Source of the DNA: an uncultured Methylomirabilota bacterium
GTDB taxonomy: Bacteria; Methylomirabilota; Methylomirabilia; Methylomirabilales; 2-02-FULL-66-22
Reading direction: 5' to 3'
DNA: 64,000 nucleotides
NCBI GenBank assembly: GCA_963705305.1
Contig: OY970067.1
Location: 1,792,001-1,856,000, forward strand
How positions within the stretch are numbered: the stretch's first letter is position 1; the number at the start of each line of letters is the position of its first letter. The notes below the pieces were generated by a model, which was not told the DNA's origin, did no database searches, and worked only from the letters and a program-made list of their open reading frames with translations. Below, in pieces: positions 30,141 through 38,751 of the stretch. The position numbers and the translations under genes are program-made.

Positions 30141-31622
30141 CTAGAAGGTGATGACCGTCCGGAGCCCGAGGACCGCCTCATTGGCAATCCGCCCGCTCGG
30201 GTTGGCCGGATTTTGGATGCCGCCGCCCGGGTGGAACACGTATTGAAAGTCGGGCTGCAGGACCCACCACGGCGCCAGGTGGGCCTGATAGGTCAGCTCG
30301 AGGAAGCTTTCGCTTGACCGAACCGGGTAGGGCGTTCCGGAGAAGAAGCCGGTGTCGCGATCCAGTTGGGCCGCGCCGTGGCTGACCTGGGCGAAGCCGT
30401 AGCCGATCCCGACCGCATCGTTGTCGCGCCCGGCGACCGGCGCCTGCAGCGTTACCCCGGCATTGAGGCTAAAGGAGACCAGGTTGCGGTCGCTCGGGGC
30501 GCCCATCGGCCGGAGGAACACGCTGACCGAGCGCGGACTGTCCGACCCGGCGCGCCAGACCGTCTGATCCACGATCGCGTAGATGCTGAAGTTGTGTCGA
30601 TCCGTGCGGGGCACGCCGTTGCTGAGCGGATTGGCCAGCGACAGGCCGTCGGTGCCGAAACGCTGGTCCGGGAAGCCGGCGGTATCGAACCAGGCGCCCA
30701 GCTTGTAGGTGCCGGGCAGACCGCACGTCACACTGGTGCAGTCCTTGGTCGGGGACTGGCCAGCCGCATATTGCAGCTCGCCGATAAAGAGGGCGCCGGT
30801 GCTCAGGCTAAACCGCGTACCGGACGCCTCGCCGTCGCGGAGTGCGCTATCGTCACTGAACGGACCGCCCGGCGGGTTGTCGTCGAAAACGCCGCCCAGC
30901 ACGGTCAGCGCCGGACTCGGATGCGCGCGCAGCCGGACGCCAAGCGAGGAAAGGGGATAGACCGGCCCGCCGGCATAGAGGTCGGCCGCCGGCACCGCCG
31001 GCCACCCCAGGGCCGCATTGAGGAACAGACCGGCGTACTGGCTGACGACGAACTCCTGGTCGAGGCTCTGCTGGCCGAGTTTCACATCGGCCCGGCCGGC
31101 GAGAAACTCCTGCTGGACCCACAGCTCCCAGAGGCGGGTCGCGCGGTCCGCCGCGATGCCGCTGACGGTCTGCAGGGTGCCGAGATTGTCCTGGCTCAGG
31201 TTGCGGCCGTGGATCTGCAGGGCGCTGATGTTGAACGTGCCGCCAGCCCAGCCGAGCGCCTTTTCAGTGTTCAGCGTGAGGCTCATCTGGGTCACGCCGT
31301 CGTAGTCGGCGCCGCGATGCGTGCCGCCGGTGACGTTGCCCAGCACCTCGCTGGTTTCGGACAGCCCGAACGAGAGCCCGTATGTGGCCAGTGCCGGACG
31401 CACCCCGCCCACGTCGCCGAGCAGGGTGTCCCGTGTCCACAATCCGCCGGTATCCACCTGACCCGACGCTGGTGCGTCGCTTCCTGGGGCCGACGCAGCC
31501 GTCTGCGCCCATGCGGGTCCGGCCGCAAGGAGGGCGGCGACGCTGAGGAGCAGCGCCCCCAGGCGTGGTCCGGCGCTGCATCGACCCGCTCTGTAGCTGC
31601 CCCTCACGATCCGATGTGCCAT
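30141..31622 (-). CDS. OprB-family porin
   Basis: Signal peptide, TRLWELW, LQPDFQYVFHPGG, C-terminal F. Confidence 0.9.
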   Translation of the reverse strand: MAHRIVRGSYRAGRCSAGPRLGALLLSVAALLAAGPAWAQTAASAPGSDAPASGQVDTGGLWTRDTLLGDVGGVRPALATYGLSFGLSETSEVLGNVTGGTHRGADYDGVTQMSLTLNTEKALGWAGGTFNISALQIHGRNLSQDNLGTLQTVSGIAADRATRLWELWVQQEFLAGRADVKLGQQSLDQEFVVSQYAGLFLNAALGWPAVPAADLYAGGPVYPLSSLGVRLRAHPSPALTVLGGVFDDNPPGGPFSDDSALRDGEASGTRFSLSTGALFIGELQYAAGQSPTKDCTSVTCGLPGTYKLGAWFDTAGFPDQRFGTDGLSLANPLSNGVPRTDRHNFSIYAIVDQTVWRAGSDSPRSVSVFLRPMGAPSDRNLVSFSLNAGVTLQAPVAGRDNDAVGIGYGFAQVSHGAAQLDRDTGFFSGTPYPVRSSESFLELTYQAHLAPWWVLQPDFQYVFHPGGGIQNPANPSGRIANEAVLGLRTVITF

Positions 31623-31657
31623 GTCTCACCTCCATCCTCAGATTGTGTGGCTCTAAG

Positions 31658-31679
31658 ATGCAACAATATATCATTACAT
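31658..31679. promoter_or_regulatory. Putative Zur box
   Basis: AT-rich imperfect palindrome ATGCAACAATATATCATTACAT (16/22 symmetric) between the divergent porin and znuA. Confidence 0.55.
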
Positions 31680-31834
31680 TATGCTTGCTTCAAGACTCTT
31701 GTCATGCGATAAGGTGGGCGAGTCAACTGGGTCGTTTGTATGCGCTCCCTCGTCTGCTGTGGGCACGGCGGGGCAGCGCCCCCCGGGGCTGTTACCAGGA
31801 ACGTCCGACGGGGCGTTCTCAGAGGAGAAAAGGC

Positions 31835-32713
31835 ATGCGTATCCTGATCGTCATCTGCGGGCTAGTCGGCTCGGTCCTCGCCTTTTCGGCGGCGCCGGCG
31901 CTCGGCCAACCGATCAATATCGTCGCCGCCGAGAACTTCTACGGTGACATCGCCAAACAGATCGGGGGTCCCGCCGTGACAGTGACCAGCATTCTCTCCA
32001 ATCCCGACCAGGACCCACACCTGTTCGAGGTGAGCCCGTCGGTCGGCCGGGCGGTCTCGGCCGCCCGCATCGTCATTTACAACGGCGTCGATTATGATCC
32101 GTGGATGACCACACTGCTCGGGGCCGCGCGCGCTGCCGATCGCCAGACGATCGTCGTCGCGGATCTGGTCGGCAGAAAGCCCGGCGACAATCCGCATCTC
32201 TGGTACGACCCAGCGACGATGCTGGCGCTGGCCCGAACGCTCACAGGGATCCTGCAGGCGGACGACCCCGGCCACGCGGGGGACTACCGGCAGCGCCTGG
32301 CCCGCTTCGAGGACTCCCTGAAGCCCATCCAGGCGAAGATCGCCACGCTCCGCCAGCGGCTGGCGGGCACGCCCGTGACAGCCACGGAGCCGATCTTCGG
32401 CTACATGTTCGACGCGCTCGGCATGCAGGTCAGGAATCAGTCCTTCCAGCTTGCGGTGATGAACAACACCGAGCCGAGCGCCTCGGATGTGGCGGCCTTC
32501 GAACGGGACCTCAAGACGCACCGAGTCAAGCTGCTGATCTATAACAGCCAGGCCACCGACCCGATCGCCGAGCGGATGCAGACGCTTGCCCACGCGGCGC
32601 ACGTCCCCGTCGTCGGGGCCACCGAGACGGAGCCGGCCGGCCAGGACTACCAGCACTGGATGATGAGCGAGTTGACGGCCGTGGACCGGGCACTCCCCCC
32701 GCAGGCCCCGTGA
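31835..32713 (+). CDS. znuA: Zn/Mn ABC transporter substrate-binding protein
   Basis: AAENFYG, DPHLFE, NPHLWYDP. Confidence 0.85.
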   Translation: MRILIVICGLVGSVLAFSAAPALGQPINIVAAENFYGDIAKQIGGPAVTVTSILSNPDQDPHLFEVSPSVGRAVSAARIVIYNGVDYDPWMTTLLGAARAADRQTIVVADLVGRKPGDNPHLWYDPATMLALARTLTGILQADDPGHAGDYRQRLARFEDSLKPIQAKIATLRQRLAGTPVTATEPIFGYMFDALGMQVRNQSFQLAVMNNTEPSASDVAAFERDLKTHRVKLLIYNSQATDPIAERMQTLAHAAHVPVVGATETEPAGQDYQHWMMSELTAVDRALPPQAP

Positions 32714-33528
32714 ACGCGATCGAGTTCCGCGATGTCACGCTGGGGCTGGGCGACCACGTCGTGCTCGCCAGCGTCAACCTGGACATCGCGCCCCGCGAGT
32801 TCGTGGGCGTGCTCGGGCCGAACGGGGCCGGCAAGACGACCTTGATGCGCGCCGTCCTGGGCCTCCTGCCGGTCCGCAGTGGCACCATCAGCGTGCTGGG
32901 CCGGCCGGCGGCCCGGGGCAATCCCGCCATCGGCTACCTGCCGCAGATCCGCAGCAGCGTCGGGACCCTGCGCCTGAGCGGGTGGGAGTTCGTCGCCGGG
33001 GTTGTGGACGGTCACCGGCTGGGCCTGCCGATCCTGAGCAAGGCGGCCCGCGCGGAGGTCGATCGGACCCTCTCCCTCGTGGGCGCCCGCGAGCTGGCGC
33101 GCCGCCCCTTGGCCGAGACCTCGGGGGGTGAGCGGCAGCGCCTGCTCCTGGCCCAGGCCCTGATCGGCCGGCCGCGGCTCCTCCTGCTGGACGAGCCGCT
33201 GATCAACCTCGACCCCACCCACCAGCACGCGGTGGTGGCGCTGGTGAAATCCCTCCAGGGCGCGCTGGGGATCACCGTCCTGTTCAGCGCCCACGAACTG
33301 AGCCCCCTGCTCGGGGCCCTCGACCGCGTGCTCTACCTCGGGGGGGGCCAGGCGGCGCTGGGCACGGTCGACGAAGTGATCACCGGGCCCGTCTTGTCGC
33401 GCCTCTATGGATCTGAGATTGACGTCGTCCGGCTGAGGGGGGGGATCTTCGTGCTATCCGGCGGCCAGGAGGTGGAACGGGAAGTCCATCGCCACGAGAA
33501 CGGATCGGCGGGGACCCACGGCGGGTAG
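32710..33528 (+). CDS. znuC: Zn/Mn ABC transporter ATPase
   Basis: GPNGAGKT, SGGERQR, LLLDEP. Confidence 0.85.
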   Translation: MNAIEFRDVTLGLGDHVVLASVNLDIAPREFVGVLGPNGAGKTTLMRAVLGLLPVRSGTISVLGRPAARGNPAIGYLPQIRSSVGTLRLSGWEFVAGVVDGHRLGLPILSKAARAEVDRTLSLVGARELARRPLAETSGGERQRLLLAQALIGRPRLLLLDEPLINLDPTHQHAVVALVKSLQGALGITVLFSAHELSPLLGALDRVLYLGGGQAALGTVDEVITGPVLSRLYGSEIDVVRLRGGIFVLSGGQEVEREVHRHENGSAGTHGG

Positions 33529-33544
33529 GGAGGTCGACAGGACC

Positions 33545-34372
33545 GTGCTGAGCTATGACTTCATGCAGAATGCCTTCGCGGCGGCGACCATCGTCGCGGT
33601 CGTCTCCGGCCTGGTCGGGTACTTCCTCGTCCTGCGTGGCCAGACCTTCGCCGGGCACGCGCTGGGCCATGTCGGCTTTACGGGCGCCACCGGTGCGGTG
33701 CTCCTCGGCGTCACGCCCCTCTGGGGGCTGGTCCTCATGACGGTGGCGGCCGGCCTCGGCATGGGGATGCTGGGCGAGCGGCTCGCCCAGCGCGACGTCG
33801 CGATCGGCATCGTCCTCGCGTTCTCCCTGGGTCTCGGCCTGCTGTTCCTGCACTTCTACACCGCCTTCGCCACGCAGGCGACCGCCCTGTTGTTCGGCAA
33901 CGTGCTCGCGGTGGATGTCCGCACCGTGTGGCTCCTCCTGGTGCTCGGCGTGCTCAGCGTGGGCGCGCTCGCGGTCATCGCGCGCCCGCTCCTGTTCGCC
34001 AGCCTGCAGCCGGAACTGGCCGAGGCCAAGGGGGTCTCCCTCCGGCTCTACTCCGTCCTGTTCCTGGCCATCGTGGCGGTGGCGACCGCCGAGTGCGCGC
34101 AGATCGTCGGCGTGCTCCTGGTCTTCGCCCTGATGGTAGGCCCGGCCGCGGCCGCCCAGCGCCTGACGACCGGCGTCGGCTGGGGGCTCCTGCTCGCCGC
34201 CGGCCTCGCCCTGTCGGAAGCGTGGGCAGGGATCACCTTGGCGTTTTACACCGACTGGCCCAGCAGTTTCTGGATCACCGCCCTGAGCGCAGGCGTGTAC
34301 CTCGTTGCGACTTTGCCGCGGGTTGGACGGCCCCGCAGCCGCCGCGGCCTGGCTGCGGGCCAGCCTGAGTGA
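33545..34372 (+). CDS. znuB: Zn/Mn ABC transporter permease
   Basis: FAGHALGH, LLFGNVL, VGVLLV. Confidence 0.85.
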   Translation: MLSYDFMQNAFAAATIVAVVSGLVGYFLVLRGQTFAGHALGHVGFTGATGAVLLGVTPLWGLVLMTVAAGLGMGMLGERLAQRDVAIGIVLAFSLGLGLLFLHFYTAFATQATALLFGNVLAVDVRTVWLLLVLGVLSVGALAVIARPLLFASLQPELAEAKGVSLRLYSVLFLAIVAVATAECAQIVGVLLVFALMVGPAAAAQRLTTGVGWGLLLAAGLALSEAWAGITLAFYTDWPSSFWITALSAGVYLVATLPRVGRPRSRRGLAAGQPE

Positions 34373-34771
34373 AGTTGTCTCTCGCCCGGTGGCTGGGTCT
34401 GCCGGGTGCGGGAGCGGTGGGCGCAGGCGCCCGGGTGGCCGGCGTGAGGCTCACCCGTGCAAGGGCGCTGTCGGGGCCGCGGCACGGAGCAGGGCTCCCC
34501 TTCGGCCAGGCATTCGCGACGCTCCTCCGGCACCCCAAACGCATGACCTACTCTGGTCCGCTTAACCCCCCTCCATCGTTCTCCGAACGTGAGCGCGATC
34601 CATGTCTCCATTTGGGGTCTGTCCCCCCGGCCCTCCGGCCGTAGCTCCTCCATCGCTGGCTCTGCGGGTATTTCGCGCCAAATACCCCCCACAAGAAACC
34701 TCCGACCTCCTTCATTTCCCCGACGTTGACGGGGACCCAGCCCCGGATGTTGACGCTTAGCGGTGACATTG

Positions 34772-34801
34772 TTGACATGGGGCGTTTCTCTGGAGTATAA
34801 G
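34772..34801 (+). promoter_or_regulatory. Putative sigma70 promoter
   Basis: TTGACA-N18-TATAAG. Confidence 0.55.
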
Positions 34802-34832
34802 GGGGCAGGCTGAGAAGGCACGTCAACCATGC

Positions 34833-34871
34833 AAACGCCGGAGGCCACAGGTCTCCGGCGTTTCTTTTTTT
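34833..34871 (+). terminator. Intrinsic terminator/attenuator in the leader
   Basis: AAACGCCGGAG..CTCCGGCGTTT hairpin plus T-run. Confidence 0.65.
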
Positions 34872-34883
34872 GGAGGGTCCCCC

Positions 34884-35297
34884 ATGTCAACATCCCGCGC
34901 CCGCTGCCTCTCCTGCCGTATACCGGAGGACGTATACACGCGCCTCGCGGAGCGCGCCCAGGCTGCCGGCGTTACGCTCTCCGCCTCCGTCGCCGCGGCC
35001 CTTTCCAGCCTTGCTGCTCCCCCCGCGCCAGCGATGACGGGCGGGGCCGCCCTGGAGCCCCCGCGACGGCCGCCGGCCGGGCCCCCTCCAGGACCGGACC
35101 TTGCAGCGGTCGTCAGGGTCCTCGTCAAGGCCGCCTTCGGCGAGGAGACCAGGGTCTTCCTGGACGACGACATCCCCTGCCCGGCGTGTGGCCGGACCGG
35201 GGAGCTCTTCTACGCGCAAAGCGAGCCCGGACCCCGGGGCGAGCCGCCATCCCAAGACCTCTGCTGCCTCACGTGCCACTGGCAAGTGGAGCTCTGA
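34884..35297 (+). CDS. Hypothetical protein, RHH-like N-terminus and C-terminal Cys motifs
   Basis: GGAGG RBS; LSCRIPEDVYTRLAERA; CPACG..CLTC. Confidence 0.6.
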   Translation: MSTSRARCLSCRIPEDVYTRLAERAQAAGVTLSASVAAALSSLAAPPAPAMTGGAALEPPRRPPAGPPPGPDLAAVVRVLVKAAFGEETRVFLDDDIPCPACGRTGELFYAQSEPGPRGEPPSQDLCCLTCHWQVEL

Positions 35298-35333
35298 GGC
35301 CGCCCCGTGTCGGCCCTCTGAGGGAAGGAGCCC

Positions 35334-35951
35334 ATGCGCGTCATCCTGTACGGCCGGGTCTCCACCAAGAAGGAGCAGGATCCCGAGACGCAGCTCCAGG
35401 ACCTCCGGCGGTTCGCCGCGGCCCGGGGGTTCGAAGTGGTCGGCGAGTACGTGGACGTGGGGGTCTCCGGGGCCAAGGAGCGCCGGCCCGGCCTCGACCA
35501 GGTCATGGCCCTGGCGCGGGCGCGGCGAGTGGACGCCGTCCTGGTGGCGGCCTTCGACCGCTTCGGCCGGTCCCTCCCCCACCTGGTCCGGGCCCTAGAG
35601 GAGTTCCAGCACCTCGGCGTCGGGTTCGTCTCCCTCCGGGAGCAGCTCGACCTGACCAGCCCGAGCGGGCGCGTGATGTTCGCCGTCATCGCCGCCATGG
35701 CGGAGTTCGAGCGCGAGTTGATCCGGGAGCGGATCCAGGCAGGCCTCCGCCGGGCCCGGCTCCAGGGGACCCGGTCGGGCAAGCCGATTGGCCGACCCCG
35801 CCGGGTGTTCCACCGGGACCAAGTCGCCAGCCTCCGGGAGGCCGGCCAGACCCTCCAGGCCATCGCCCGGACGCTGCAGGTCTCCCGCCGCACGGTGGCC
35901 CGGGTCCTCCACGCGGATCGCGCCCAGGCCGTGGCAAAACCCGCATCCTGA
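35334..35951 (+). CDS. Small serine recombinase (resolvase/invertase) with C-terminal HTH
   Basis: YGRVST, SGAKERRPGL, FDRFGRS, AEFERELIRER, GRPRR. Confidence 0.93.
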   Translation: MRVILYGRVSTKKEQDPETQLQDLRRFAAARGFEVVGEYVDVGVSGAKERRPGLDQVMALARARRVDAVLVAAFDRFGRSLPHLVRALEEFQHLGVGFVSLREQLDLTSPSGRVMFAVIAAMAEFERELIRERIQAGLRRARLQGTRSGKPIGRPRRVFHRDQVASLREAGQTLQAIARTLQVSRRTVARVLHADRAQAVAKPAS

Positions 35952-36260
35952 CTTTTGCCCAGGCGAGCAAGGAGCAGTTTGTTGGCCGGCTAGGTCGCCC
36001 TCGTCCCAACGTCCTAGGCCTGCAAGATCGTATGGTGGGTCGGGTTCGCTCGCCTCCGCAGTTCGCCCGCTCCCCCCGCTCCCTGTTCCTCGTTGCAGGA
36101 GGGTTCTCCTCTTCGCACACCCGAGACCGGCCCGCCAGGTTCGCCCAGGCTCTCCCATCTCGCCACGGCCCTGCCTGGACTACCCACTTCAAACTCTAGG
36201 CCAAGACCCTCTATGTCCTGTATTCGTAGCTCCCCGTGTCACCGCCCCCCGTGTTACTGC

Positions 36261-36477
36261 CCAACTAGCCGTTCACCAAAGGTGTTGACGCGCCAGGATA
36301 GTAAACGTGCTACTCCGGGAAAGTATGCAATCATTACCGTGAGCTCCGGCAACCTCCCCCTCGGCTGGAACGCTGCATAAGAATTCTTCCGAAGGTACCG
36401 ATTCCCCTTCTGGCAAGTAAATCGGTCAGTTGTCGACCGATGATGGGCCGGTATCAACACCCTTGGTGAACGGCTAG
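36261..36477. mobile_element. MITE with 24-bp inverted repeats
   Basis: CTAGCCGTTCACCAAAGGTGTTGA (36265-36288) versus 36454-36477, 23/24 match; flanking direct repeat GTTACTGC at 36253-36260 and 36478-36485. Confidence 0.75.
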
Positions 36478-36583
36478 GTTACTGCAACGGGGCGCGATTC
36501 TGATTGACACCGCGTAAGCCCTTCGCTACGCTCCCGTCAACGATTTTCTCGCCTTTCTTCCCCTAAACTAGGCGCTGACACCC

Positions 36584-37231
36584 ATGAACAAATTCCTAAA
36601 AGACGAACATTGCGAAGCATCGGAGATTCCCGCACTCAAGCCGGTCTTGCAAGGCTGGCTCGAAGCTCAACGGGATTACGCGAAGATGCTCAGGGGTGTT
36701 GATTACTCTTGCCACTACGGTGAGCGACCTTGTATAGGTTTTCTCGCACAAGGCGCTTGGCGCTCAGGCGGGGTAGCGTTAGAAGAGTGGCGCACCGAAA
36801 AGGGTCCCAAGGCCAAACGCCGTCAGGGACGATGCGACCTTTGGATTTTCCGCCATGATAGGTATGAGTTTCATATCGAGGCGAAACACATGTGGCAACC
36901 TGCCACAGTCAAACCCAAGAAGCAACTTAGTTCCATTGAGGCCGCCCTCTCGGATGCAACCAGGGACGCAGCCTCGCTCACCTGCGCCCGCAAAATACAA
37001 CTCGGCATTCTTTTCCTTGCGCCATATTACACACCCACCAAGCAAGCTGGCATGGCAGCACACATTGCAAGCTGGCTCGAAGGTATCTATTCCATACCAC
37101 ATTCCGCCATTGCTTGGGCTTTCCGCAATAGGAAGGGATTAAGCATCAGCAGGGACGAGGAGGAGATCGTCCCCGGACTTGTTCTCATCGCGCGCACAAC
37201 AAAACGACCGAAACGCTTAACCCCCCGATGA
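36584..37231 (+). CDS. Hypothetical PD-(D/E)XK-like nuclease
   Basis: ALEEW..GRCDLWI..HIEAK motif; visibly lower GC. Confidence 0.55.
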   Translation: MNKFLKDEHCEASEIPALKPVLQGWLEAQRDYAKMLRGVDYSCHYGERPCIGFLAQGAWRSGGVALEEWRTEKGPKAKRRQGRCDLWIFRHDRYEFHIEAKHMWQPATVKPKKQLSSIEAALSDATRDAASLTCARKIQLGILFLAPYYTPTKQAGMAAHIASWLEGIYSIPHSAIAWAFRNRKGLSISRDEEEIVPGLVLIARTTKRPKRLTPR

Positions 37232-37274
37232 AGCCGACTCGCTCCACCTGCGGCTTATCGGCAAGGCGTTGACC
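37215..37274 (+). other. attC-like integron cassette recombination site
   Basis: R'' GCTTAAC, arms CCGATGAAGCCG/CGGCTTATCGG with one extrahelical G, R' GTTGACC. Confidence 0.6.
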
Positions 37275-37314
37275 TTCAATCTCTGGGGTGGTTGCGAACA
37301 GTTGGAGGTGCCTT

Positions 37315-38724
37315 ATGGCCGACGACTGGCGGGAGACACTGCTTGGCGCGACGCTTGAAATCGTTTTGCCTACATTGTCTTTCATAAGAGGGGGCTCTGC
37401 TGGCTTTCGCGGGAGCGGACACATAACGTGGGGGATGGATTCAGGAATCCGCGTTATTGCGCACACCGACGGGGCAAACGTCTTGAAGAAAGATATTCTT
37501 CGGGCCGGTGCGGCTCTCGGGCATCTTCTTCCCCATGGGAAATACATATCTGCTTCTGGTCGTACGGAAGATGGATGGGATGTCTCAACTCATCCTGAGT
37601 GGCCGGTTGGTTACTCCATCGGAATAAGCTCACCTCTGGTTCTCTGGGATTTCAAGACTGACGGCCTGGCCCTGACTCGCGAAACCATCCCCCGGGAGCA
37701 CCCTCGGCTGGTTCGAGCGCTTCTTGGCCCCTCGCCAAAAGAGTGGCCCAGGATGACCCACACCGAAATCCATAATGATGGTGAGACATCCTCGGCGTCC
37801 CACCGTGATTGCCTACTGGTGGACTTTAGTTTTGGCAGCCTTTACGCTCGTCAGCGCACGGATAGGTGGTATGAGGTGCAAGTCGAGATCACCGGGACCT
37901 CGCCGCGCTCCGAGGCGCTTGAAATAATTGTGGCTGTCGCCCACGCCTTTGGTTTCGTGCTTGGCCGCCGACAATTCCTGCTGGGGTTTGAAGATTTCGT
38001 GCCAGGTCGAGAGACGCGTCGCTTGTTCGTTGCCGATCGGGAGCCGACCAATGGCTCGATTGCCACGCCTCTTGGGACGAGTTCTGCGTATTTGGCTGAG
38101 GTCGAGAATCTTCTTGGGCGAGCCATAGACTTCTTCCTCACCAAGCAAGGTGAGCGAGTGGCAAAGCACCTTTGGCTCTGTTGGGATGCAGCAGACAATG
38201 CGTTCCCTACTCGACTTGCGGTGGCCAGCATTTGCTTGGAAGGCCTCATCTCGCTCGTTCAACATCAGTCCGAAACAAACAAAGGGAATGAGGTCGGGGG
38301 TGATAGTAGTGACAGCATGGAGGCAGATCTCAAGGCATTGAAGGAATTGTTGAAAACCGCTGAAGACGCAAAGACTCTTACCCCAGAGTTCATTAAACGG
38401 CTTCGAGGTGCGGTTGCGGCATTCAGGAGGGGACGACCATCAGATGTGCTTTGGGACTGGCAACGCAAGGGGCTCTTGGGGGTGACCACAGAAGATATTG
38501 ATGCGTGGAAGAAGACTCGGCACCCAGCGGCACACGGGGCTTTGGTGGCGCCACCGGAAGACAAACAACAACTACAGGACCTGATATCTCGATTCTACCG
38601 GGAAGTCAACTTGATTAACCGGGTAGTCCTTCAGTTGATGGGCTATCGGGGATTGTACGTCGACTATGGCTCCCCAGGCTGGCAAGAGAAAGAGTTCCCG
38701 GCGGCTTTGCCAGTATCCTTATGA
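37315..38724 (+). CDS. ApeA-like HEPN-domain protein (candidate defence RNase)
   Basis: GGAGG RBS; beta-rich N-terminus; ASICLEGL and C-terminal R-HPAA-H-G. Confidence 0.55.
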   Translation: MADDWRETLLGATLEIVLPTLSFIRGGSAGFRGSGHITWGMDSGIRVIAHTDGANVLKKDILRAGAALGHLLPHGKYISASGRTEDGWDVSTHPEWPVGYSIGISSPLVLWDFKTDGLALTRETIPREHPRLVRALLGPSPKEWPRMTHTEIHNDGETSSASHRDCLLVDFSFGSLYARQRTDRWYEVQVEITGTSPRSEALEIIVAVAHAFGFVLGRRQFLLGFEDFVPGRETRRLFVADREPTNGSIATPLGTSSAYLAEVENLLGRAIDFFLTKQGERVAKHLWLCWDAADNAFPTRLAVASICLEGLISLVQHQSETNKGNEVGGDSSDSMEADLKALKELLKTAEDAKTLTPEFIKRLRGAVAAFRRGRPSDVLWDWQRKGLLGVTTEDIDAWKKTRHPAAHGALVAPPEDKQQLQDLISRFYREVNLINRVVLQLMGYRGLYVDYGSPGWQEKEFPAALPVSL

Positions 38725-38751
38725 AGGTATGCGTTGAGAGGTTGCGGAAGC

